Shown: in pieces, positions 9,844-16,791 of the stretch
Numbering within the stretch: the first letter of the stretch is position 1
How the letters are laid out: every line of letters begins with the position of its first letter
From: Ignavibacteriales bacterium
GTDB lineage: Bacteria > Bacteroidota > Ignavibacteria > UBA10030 > UBA6906
Length of the DNA stretch: 28,922 bases
Assembly: GCA_037441705.1 (NCBI GenBank)
Contig: JBBIRR010000046.1
Location: 1 to 28,922 of the forward strand
Direction of reading: 5' to 3'
The notes under the pieces: generated by a model
Told to the model about the DNA's origin: nothing
The model's input: the letters and a program-made list of their open reading frames with translations, nothing else
Databases searched by the model: none
Program-made: the position numbers and the translations under genes

Positions 9844-10688
9844 CAGCGGACCGAAAGTGAATCAATGATAGAGCGGCTTGTATCACCAAACGAGTCGACC
9901 GCCTGGAACAAAAACACATTTGTCCTGCGCGTAGCCGATGGGGTGATAGGAATGAGGAAGGAATATCGGCCGTCGCCGGCGACATCGTCGCCGCTGCCCA
10001 CAAGAATGCCGCCGATGTTAACCGGAGGCTCACGCCCTCCATCATCTTTCATAAAAAATTTTGTGGGATCGGGAGGCGCAATGCGGCGGAAGGCCACCTC
10101 GCGGATATCGGCCAGCCCGTCGGAGTCGGACACCGTCGCCGTGAACTGAACTCGAAGTGTGTCGTTCACCGGAACGCTGATCGAATCCGGCATCTCGACG
10201 CTGCGAAGGAGAGGAGGTGAGTTTCGTCTTCCTAACTTCAACGCGCGTTCAAGGATATTGCTGATCGCGCCCGAGGCGGTCGTCGCCTGAAACCGAACGC
10301 GGTAGCGTCCCGCACGTGCCCGCTCGATCGTGAACGCAACCTGCGCCGTGAACGTACTATCTCGAGCGGTTTGATCGGGATTGACCCCATCATCTCGAAG
10401 CGTGACTTCGGCGACGGCCTCCGTGCTGCCCGGCCGAACCACCGTTGCAGTCACCGTCGGAGCCCCGTCGGCCGACGCAACGTGGACGCTGACAACTGCG
10501 CTGATTGGGTAGCGGCCGTTCTGAGGAGTGAGGGCGTCTATGTAGATGCTGTCCGGCGTTACAACGGGACTGCTGACAACAGGAACATTCAGGTTGACAT
10601 CAACGGTCCCCAATTGAGAGTCCTCACATCCCGTCATCGTCATGAGGGCGAACGCGACGGGCGAAATGAGACGAGAGAGCTTTGGCAT
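9843..10688 (-). CDS. Lipoprotein with two DDG...D-x-x-A-x-D (choice-of-anchor X-like) motifs
   Basis: MPKLSRLISPVAFALMTMTG-C lipobox from ATG 10688 (ORF track starts at 10781); LRDDGVNPDQTARDSTFT and MKDDG...GDDVAGDGRYS. Confidence 0.7.
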   Translation of the reverse strand: MPKLSRLISPVAFALMTMTGCEDSQLGTVDVNLNVPVVSSPVVTPDSIYIDALTPQNGRYPISAVVSVHVASADGAPTVTATVVRPGSTEAVAEVTLRDDGVNPDQTARDSTFTAQVAFTIERARAGRYRVRFQATTASGAISNILERALKLGRRNSPPLLRSVEMPDSISVPVNDTLRVQFTATVSDSDGLADIREVAFRRIAPPDPTKFFMKDDGGREPPVNIGGILVGSGDDVAGDGRYSFLIPITPSATRRTNVFLFQAVDSFGDTSRSIIDSLSVR

Positions 10689-10866
10689 AGATGTCGTCGG
10701 TAATGCAAAAGCCGAGGATTCATGTATCGAGCTGCGACAATGAATGCTCGGCTTTCTGCTTGCGTGTTTTGTCGAACTCATATGCCGGCACGTTGAGTTT
10801 GCTGAATGATGAACCGTACCAACGCGCCGATAGAGATTCCTTTTATTCTACTGAATGAGTGTTGAA

Positions 10867-10895
10867 AAGGTATCCAAATCGATTCCGAATGTCAA
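10867..10895 (-). promoter_or_regulatory. sigma70-type promoter for the lipoprotein/PorV-like operon
   Basis: Minus strand TTGACA-N17-TACCTT. Confidence 0.6.
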
Positions 10896-10899
10896 GAAC

Positions 10900-11883
10900 C
10901 TACTGGAGGGGCCATGTCATCGGAACAAGCGAAAAGCATCCGATGAAGATTGCGGCGCACAACCACCCGAGCGCCATGCGCGTCGGATCTAACGGTGTGT
11001 CGTCTTCGAGCGGCGGACGCCGAAGGTTGATCGATCGCATCATGAAAATCAGAATCATCGCCCAGATGAACCACCCGAACCAGCCGTATCTGAAGTCTAT
11101 GCCCAGTTCCGGCAGCAGGCTCGACAAACCGAGCAACACGAGAATGACCAATGCAGTTTGCGCAATGGTATGATAGCGGTTGCCGAACATGGCGTAGGAA
11201 ATGTGTCCGCCGTCCAGCTGTCCGATGGGGATCAGATTCATCGCGGTCACCAGCATGCCGAACCAACCGACGCACAGAAACGGGTAATGGTAGATTTCAT
11301 TCATCGGAGGAATGAACGCACCGCTTGGGGCAAAGAGATACTCGAAGAGTTTGAGAAAAGCCGTCTCGCCAAAACGGAGACCCGTTTCAGGGATGGCGGG
11401 AAGCAAAGCGTACTCGGGATGAATCGTGTAGAGATATTCTTTGGAGGGAAGAGTGCTATAGCCGATCGCCAGCGTGATAGCCGTGACGACGAATCCTGCG
11501 ATAGGCCCTGCCGCGCCGATATCAAACAGGACTTTGCGCGACGGGATGGCAGAACGAATGCGGATGACAGCTCCCATCGTTCCGAAATTATTGATCAACA
11601 GAAACGGGGGAAATGGAATGAAGAACGGCAGGGTGGTCTTGACGCCATGATACCGCGCGGCAAAGTAATGCCCAAACTCATGCGCGCTCAACATCGCGAG
11701 GATGAGCAGGGAGTAGGTCAGTCCCGAGGGGAAATTCGAAAGCTCGAACGGATTCTTGACGAGCCACTCGACGCCGGCAAGCGTTGTGGTGAAGAACGTG
11801 AGAACGAAGAGTGTAATATGCACAGCGTAACGTTTCCACCGTATCTCCGCCTCCTGCTGAACAACGACGAAATCCTGGTCCAT
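10900..11883 (-). CDS. Site-2 protease (M50 intramembrane zinc metalloprotease)
   Basis: HEFGH, FDIGAAGPIAG, NLIPIGQLDGGH, multiple TM segments; GAGGA RBS. Confidence 0.92.
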   Translation of the reverse strand: MDQDFVVVQQEAEIRWKRYAVHITLFVLTFFTTTLAGVEWLVKNPFELSNFPSGLTYSLLILAMLSAHEFGHYFAARYHGVKTTLPFFIPFPPFLLINNFGTMGAVIRIRSAIPSRKVLFDIGAAGPIAGFVVTAITLAIGYSTLPSKEYLYTIHPEYALLPAIPETGLRFGETAFLKLFEYLFAPSGAFIPPMNEIYHYPFLCVGWFGMLVTAMNLIPIGQLDGGHISYAMFGNRYHTIAQTALVILVLLGLSSLLPELGIDFRYGWFGWFIWAMILIFMMRSINLRRPPLEDDTPLDPTRMALGWLCAAIFIGCFSLVPMTWPLQ

Positions 11884-11972
11884 TCCTCAAGCGAAAGAAA
11901 TCTGAAACAAAACTGTCTCGCATGTGTCTTCAATATAGTGAAAAAGTCTTGAACGTGCGCTGCGCGTACGAC

Positions 11973-12012
11973 AAAAAAAAGCGCCGCCCGATCATGCAAC
12001 CGGACGGCGCTT
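11973..12012 (-). terminator. Rho-independent terminator of the repeat-peptide gene
   Basis: Minus strand AAGCGCCGTCCGG-ttgcatga-TCGGGCGGCGC followed by T8, about 20 nt after the stop at 12033. Confidence 0.85.
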
Positions 12013-12032
12013 CAAATACCCTTGGTGCTAAT

Positions 12033-12281
12033 TCAGGGGCGCGGCGAGTCGGGCATTGCTGCGACGCCACTCTTGGGACGCGGCGAGTCAAGCATTGCAG
12101 CCACACCGCTCTTGGGGCGCGGTGAGTCGGGCATAGCCGCAACTCCGCTCTTGGGCCGCGGTGAGTCGGGCATTGCTGCGACCCCACTCTTGTCCGCGAT
12201 TCTTGAAATGGCAAGGTTGGTGCCTGCCACAAGCGACAAAACGACAACCAGCGAACGGAAACGCTTTCCTGTTTGTGTCAT
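12033..12281 (-). CDS. 82-aa putative secreted peptide precursor with four KSGVAAM(P/L)DSPRP repeats
   Basis: ATG with AGGGGG RBS, basic plus hydrophobic N-terminus (KRFRS-LVVVLSLVAG), repeat differences nearly all synonymous, own promoter and terminator. Confidence 0.8.
   Translation of the reverse strand: MTQTGKRFRSLVVVLSLVAGTNLAISRIADKSGVAAMPDSPRPKSGVAAMPDSPRPKSGVAAMLDSPRPKSGVAAMPDSPRP
12036..12191 (-). repeat. 4 x 39-bp coding tandem repeat
   Basis: Units 12153-12191, 12114-12152, 12075-12113 and 12036-12074; differences at third codon positions except one CCC>CTT. Confidence 0.95.
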
Positions 12282-12525
12282 GAGAGTATCCCCCTAATTG
12301 TTGGATTGTTGGTTATATGAGTTATCGGTAAGGCGAGTTCACATCCTTAGTGGGTGAAGACCTTCGATGGCACTGCGCGAGAGGCGTTTTCCCCTCCTTG
12401 AAGGCATGACAGCACATGCTGCGATTTCACGAGACACATTCCCCGGCCCTGCTTATCGGAACGTAAGGTGAGAGGCACGGCTAAGGTCCCCCTGTCTTGC
12501 TGTGCTTGTTGTGGTAACGCTGAAA

Positions 12526-12554
12526 AATATAGGTAATGCCAATGGGAGAGTCAA
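12526..12554 (-). promoter_or_regulatory. sigma70-type promoter of the peptide gene (about 240-nt leader)
   Basis: Minus strand TTGACT-N17-TATATT. Confidence 0.65.
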
Positions 12555-12593
12555 TAGAGGATTCTACGTAGTGTCACCTATGTCCTGATTTAT

Positions 12594-12610
12594 CCAATCA
12601 CAAAGATTGG
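12594..12610. promoter_or_regulatory. Palindromic candidate operator between divergent promoters
   Basis: CCAATC-acaaa-GATTGG perfect inverted repeat. Confidence 0.45.
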
Positions 12611-12640
12611 CACACTTGACGTAAGAAATAGCGTTTTCTC

Positions 12641-12669
12641 TTGACTTGCTTGTTGGTGTTCGATATATT
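12641..12669 (+). promoter_or_regulatory. sigma70-type promoter of the membrane protein / AAA+ regulator operon
   Basis: TTGACT-N17-TATATT; AAGGAAG RBS before ATG 12699. Confidence 0.7.
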
Positions 12670-12698
12670 TCAAACGCATTTCTTAAGGAAGCAACCGA

Positions 12699-13844
12699 AT
12701 GAGTCTCGCCAAGAAGATAAGCCTCATCTGGAGTTTGCTCATAGCGGCATTTCTCGCGTCGTTTTTGCTTCCCCATTACGAGGTAACAACGGCAAGTTTT
12801 CTCAGCTATTCGATACAATTGTTGTTGCTTGTCCTTTCGGTCTACCTGGTCAAGCATGAGACGGTGAGAAAGACGAGATTTATTTTCATGAACTTTGCAG
12901 CGTTCTTTAGCACATCATTCCTCTTTCATCTTTACAACTTCGTCGGGACGGTTCTGTTTCCGCGTGCAGAGATGGCGCGCCATTACTACTTCCAATACGT
13001 CCCGCTTGGTTTGTATTTCTTTTTGCTAACATTTGCGATCTGTTACCTCACAGTGGATTTGCTCTTCCGCGACTTCAAGATCGGACAGAAATATCTTCTC
13101 ACCTTTGTGATCGTCGGAGGGTTCTTCGGTTACTACTATCACCCGTACTTTGCGAATCCGCGTTACCTGTACACGGTGCCTGCAATTGCGGAGTGGAAGC
13201 AACTGGATCAAGCCAGTGGAGAGTTTCAGCAGCTGTACGGCGCAATGCCCACCGAGCAGCAGTTGGTGGAGTTTCTCCAGAATAAGGCAATTGTACCTGG
13301 CGTGAATGGTGCGTACGCAGAACCACTCGAGATACGTGTACGAGAATTGTATCCGTACCTTCCGGGGTCGAACTACATGATCTTGCTTCTGAAGCCGATC
13401 TACCTGAATACGATCTACATGTGTGTCCTCTGCGTCGGCCTGATCCTGCTCTTTTTCGGATACCAGTACAAGAAAGATCCGCCGCAGGGTGCGTACATCG
13501 AGAAGATGATGTTTTTCTTTTTGCTCTTCTGCACGCTCGAGGTGTTCCACGCGTGGAGTTTCATCAAAACGATCGAGTGGCAGGAGTTTTCCCAGTTTGT
13601 GATCATCGGACAGTATCTTTCCGCGGGTGTGCTCGCCTGTGTTGCCGTGTTGTTCGGATTGCGTCTCCGCTTCATCACGTCAGCCTACGGCGAATTCTAT
13701 GAGCACGAAATCGCGGAGCGACCGAACACCATCACCCGCTGGCGTGATGCCGTTGACAATCTGATGCTTGCGCATTTCTTCAGCCGCAACCAGTTTGTCG
13801 GAAGATTTCTTGTGATGCCGAGACTTCGAAACAAACATCAATAA
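12699..13844 (+). CDS. Uncharacterised polytopic membrane protein (about 8 TM, one large loop); candidate peptide receptor
   Basis: About eight hydrophobic segments, ~80-aa hydrophilic loop after TM5, ~55-aa C-terminal tail; no recognisable catalytic motif. Confidence 0.8.
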   Translation: MSLAKKISLIWSLLIAAFLASFLLPHYEVTTASFLSYSIQLLLLVLSVYLVKHETVRKTRFIFMNFAAFFSTSFLFHLYNFVGTVLFPRAEMARHYYFQYVPLGLYFFLLTFAICYLTVDLLFRDFKIGQKYLLTFVIVGGFFGYYYHPYFANPRYLYTVPAIAEWKQLDQASGEFQQLYGAMPTEQQLVEFLQNKAIVPGVNGAYAEPLEIRVRELYPYLPGSNYMILLLKPIYLNTIYMCVLCVGLILLFFGYQYKKDPPQGAYIEKMMFFFLLFCTLEVFHAWSFIKTIEWQEFSQFVIIGQYLSAGVLACVAVLFGLRLRFITSAYGEFYEHEIAERPNTITRWRDAVDNLMLAHFFSRNQFVGRFLVMPRLRNKHQ

Positions 13845-13925
13845 GTACAGGGAGCTCCGCCTCCATATCCCCTGGAAGGCGCGACCGGGGTTCCCAAAAA
13901 CCATTTTATCAGTGAGGAAGGTTCT

Positions 13926-14960
13926 ATGGAAGCAAAAACCACTCATGGAGAAAAGAAAGCCGGGGGTGCTTTCGAATATCCAATCGTTGGGAAAAGCAAA
14001 GCAACCGAGCAGTTGATTCGCTCGATACAGAAACTTGCGAAAATCCGTCGTGACGTTGTCATTGTTGGGGAAGCCGGAGTCGGCAAGGGCGCGGTCGCAA
14101 AGAATATCTACCACCTCAGTAAGGGCGAATCGAAGAACGGAGATCAAGAACAGCCGTTCATGTCGATCAACCTCTCGGTGGTGGACGACCGCGAACTGGA
14201 AGCAACGCTCTTCGGCTTTGACCGCGGCGTTGAAGGGCTTCCCTACACCTCGAAGCGCGGACTGTTCGAGCAGGCCAACGGCGGTACGGTTCTCATCGAA
14301 GAGATCGAGGAAGCGAGCTTCCGGAACCAGATGAAGATTCTCAACTTCATCAACGAGCGCAAGACGCGGCGCATCGGGGGCGAGACGAAGGAGAGCGTCG
14401 ACATTCGCCTCATCATCACGATGAAGGAAGATCCGGCACAACTCGTGGAAAAGCGCAAGCTGCTGGAAGACCTCTACGCCAAGGTGTTGGAGTTTGAGAA
14501 GATCGAGATTCCACCGTTACGACAACGACCGGAAGACATCCCTCTTCTGGTCAAGCACTTCACCAGCGAGATTTGCAGAGACCTTGGCCTCGGAGAACTC
14601 GTCATTGACATCAATGCCATTGATGTCCTCGTCCGCCAGCCCTGGAAAGAAAACATCCGCGAGTTGAAAGCCGTTGTCGACAAATCCGTTCTCTTCTCGA
14701 ACGAGGGGCGCTTCTCGTTGCCGCCCGAGCTGGTCGATGAGAAGACCGAAGTGGTGAAGATGATCAACAATATCATGGCGGGGCAAGAGTTCGTGCTCGA
14801 TAAGTCGCTCGACGTCATTGAGAAAGGAATCATCGAGCGGTCGCTGGATCGGTTTGGCTTCAATCAATCCAAAGCGGCGGCCTTCCTCGGCATGACGGAG
14901 CAAACCTTCCGCTACAAACTGAAGCGCCTCGGCATTGCCAGCGCACGGTCGAGAACGTAG
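13926..14960 (+). CDS. NtrC/Fis-family AAA+ transcriptional regulator without input domain, degenerate sigma54-interaction motifs
   Basis: GEAGVGK Walker A, LFG, GLFEQANGGT, IPPLRQRPEDIPLL, NIRELK, NQSKAAAFLGM...YKLKRLGI HTH; GAFTGA replaced by GVEGLP. Confidence 0.88.
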   Translation: MEAKTTHGEKKAGGAFEYPIVGKSKATEQLIRSIQKLAKIRRDVVIVGEAGVGKGAVAKNIYHLSKGESKNGDQEQPFMSINLSVVDDRELEATLFGFDRGVEGLPYTSKRGLFEQANGGTVLIEEIEEASFRNQMKILNFINERKTRRIGGETKESVDIRLIITMKEDPAQLVEKRKLLEDLYAKVLEFEKIEIPPLRQRPEDIPLLVKHFTSEICRDLGLGELVIDINAIDVLVRQPWKENIRELKAVVDKSVLFSNEGRFSLPPELVDEKTEVVKMINNIMAGQEFVLDKSLDVIEKGIIERSLDRFGFNQSKAAAFLGMTEQTFRYKLKRLGIASARSRT

Positions 14961-14984
14961 CGTTCTCGCCAACAGAGAAACCGC

Positions 14985-15022
14985 AATGGATGCGGAACGT
15001 TGAGTTCGCATCCATTTTTTTT
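14985..15022 (+). terminator. Rho-independent terminator
   Basis: AATGGATGCG(G)AAC-loop-GTTCGCATCCATT followed by a T run. Confidence 0.8.
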
Positions 15023-15044
15023 GTTCCTCCGGCGGCACTGTGTC

Positions 15045-16154
15045 TCATCGTTGCTCAAACGTTCGTTCCTTCCAGCTGACGTTTCGACTGAAGATGACAA
15101 GCGGGGGGAACAGAAGAACATAGACCATGTAGTAGATTTCAAACGGCAGGAAATACCACAGCAGGCGTCTCGCGTTGAAGGCGCGGAGCGCAGGCCAGGC
15201 GAGGACGGCGTCGAGGAGTGTTTTCAAGGCGAAGGCGGAAAGAAACGCTGCCATGTGCCCAACGGCAAGCGTCACGACAAGCAGTGCCTTGAAGGCATAG
15301 CCCAACCCGAACAGCGACAGGCTCTTCCAGTCCATCTCCGCTCCACCGGTAAACCAGCGTTTTTTCTGATTGAACAGATGCTTCCACGATTCGCACGGCA
15401 GGCTGAAGACGAGCGTGCGCGCGTCGATGGGGAATCGGGCGACGTACCGCTTTGTTCGAGTGATGGCATGAAAGAGCGCGTAATCTTCGGTAACGCTGAA
15501 CGGGATTGTGCGGTATCCGCCAACGGCATCGTACGCCTCTCGGCGCACGGAGAGGTTGTTGCCCACTGCGGTGACGGGAAAGCGCAAGCGGTTCGTTCCG
15601 GCAGCGATTGAAAAGAGCACGAACCAGTCCAATGCTTGAATTGCCTCAAACGGCGTTCGCGCGCGCAGCGACGTGAAACCGGCAACCAGACCCACCGAGG
15701 GCTCGTTGTAGTACTTTACCGTTTCCTCGACCCACCCTTTCTGGACGACGCAATCGGCATCGGTGAACAGGACGATCTCTCCCGTTGTATGTTCGATGCC
15801 TTGCGCAATGGCGTTTGTTTTTCCATGCAGCTTTCCGCTCGGGTCATCCACGGCATTGAGCGAATGGATGAAAGAGTAACGACGCGCAAAGTCGTTGATG
15901 ATGGAGCCTGTTCCATCGGTGGAATGATCGTTCACTACAAGGACTTCGAGCTTCTCTTTCGGGTACGTCAGACGCGAGAGGGAGTCGAGACAGTGCCGCA
16001 GGTTTGCTTCCTCGTTTCGTGCTGCAACGATAACCGAGACGGTCGGTCGGTATGCAGCGTCCGACCGGTAGCGTGCCTTGGAGGCTCCTATCGCAAAAAA
16101 AAGAATCTGAAGAGTGTAGAGAAGGGCGAAAAGAAAAAGCAGATCGAGAAGCAT
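15045..16154 (-). CDS. Glycosyltransferase family 2, membrane-bound
   Basis: VSVIVAARNEE, NDHSTDGT, FTDADC, TED, QKKRW motif, terminal TM helices. Confidence 0.9.
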   Translation of the reverse strand: MLLDLLFLFALLYTLQILFFAIGASKARYRSDAAYRPTVSVIVAARNEEANLRHCLDSLSRLTYPKEKLEVLVVNDHSTDGTGSIINDFARRYSFIHSLNAVDDPSGKLHGKTNAIAQGIEHTTGEIVLFTDADCVVQKGWVEETVKYYNEPSVGLVAGFTSLRARTPFEAIQALDWFVLFSIAAGTNRLRFPVTAVGNNLSVRREAYDAVGGYRTIPFSVTEDYALFHAITRTKRYVARFPIDARTLVFSLPCESWKHLFNQKKRWFTGGAEMDWKSLSLFGLGYAFKALLVVTLAVGHMAAFLSAFALKTLLDAVLAWPALRAFNARRLLWYFLPFEIYYMVYVLLFPPLVIFSRNVSWKERTFEQR

Positions 16155-16183
16155 GCAGTAGCGGTGGCAAATATTTCGCCATC

Positions 16184-16268
16184 AACTTACCAAAAAAAGA
16201 TGCGGCAAGCAATGCGCGGGGATTCCCCGTGCGAGCATCTTGCTTTTCACGCGCACGTTCAATATGTT
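16184..16268. promoter_or_regulatory. Divergent sigma70-type promoters
   Basis: Plus TTGCTT(16240)-N17-TATGTT; minus TTGCTT(16212)-N17-TAAGTT. Confidence 0.45.
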
Positions 16269-16296
16269 GTGTACGCCGTAAGACCAATTCTCCCCT

Positions 16297-16791
16297 ATGA
16301 ACTGCACACGGTCTGCCGTACTTCTCGTCGTAACGGTTGCTCTTGTTCTGTCCGGCTGTAATGAGGGCCTCGCGCCGCGTATTGAAACGAGCGGCATCTC
16401 AGGCGTTATTCGCTACAAGAACTGGCCGCCGGCGGACAGCCTGCGCGATTTGAGGCTGGTCGCATTCAAACAATTTCCCCCCACCAACATAATTCTCGAC
16501 GTTCTGCAGGGAAGAGCAATTGTCTATCCGGGGATCGGCGATACGGCCCTCGTGCCCTTCTACGTTGATTCGTTGATCTATTCAGCACCGCTTCCCGCAG
16601 GGCGCTATGAGTATGTTGTGATTGCCCAGCAATATGGGCCAAACGTTTTCACAGATTGGCGTCCCGTCGGCCAGTACGATCTCGATTCCAATTATGCAGT
16701 CCCTTCGCCGGTGATCGTGTACGAAGGGGCGACCACACGGTTCATTGATTTTAACGTAGATTTCCGGAACCCACCGCCTTTCCCCCGATGA
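16297..16791 (+). CDS. Uncharacterised lipoprotein
   Basis: LVLSG-C lipobox; ATGA overlap with the downstream receptor gene. Confidence 0.75.
   Translation: MNCTRSAVLLVVTVALVLSGCNEGLAPRIETSGISGVIRYKNWPPADSLRDLRLVAFKQFPPTNIILDVLQGRAIVYPGIGDTALVPFYVDSLIYSAPLPAGRYEYVVIAQQYGPNVFTDWRPVGQYDLDSNYAVPSPVIVYEGATTRFIDFNVDFRNPPPFPR

Noticed and set aside
12036-12191. CRISPR array
   Set aside because: Repeats are contiguous with no unique spacers, vary at codon third positions, and there are no cas genes
12022-12297. Plus-strand ORF with GRGESGIAATPLL repeats as the real gene
   Set aside because: This antisense frame shares wobble positions, so it also looks conserved and codon pattern alone cannot exclude it. 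But it has a TTG start without RBS, while the promoter, RBS, signal-like leader and T-tailed terminator all point to the minus strand
12310-12400. c-di-GMP-I riboswitch (TTACCGA end, GAAA-like loop)
   Set aside because: GGCAAA and GACGCAAAG core elements not found
12300-12698. sigma54 -24/-12 promoter (TGGCAC at about 12368 and 12608, TTGGCA on the minus strand at about 12540)
   Set aside because: None has GC at the required GG-N10-GC spacing
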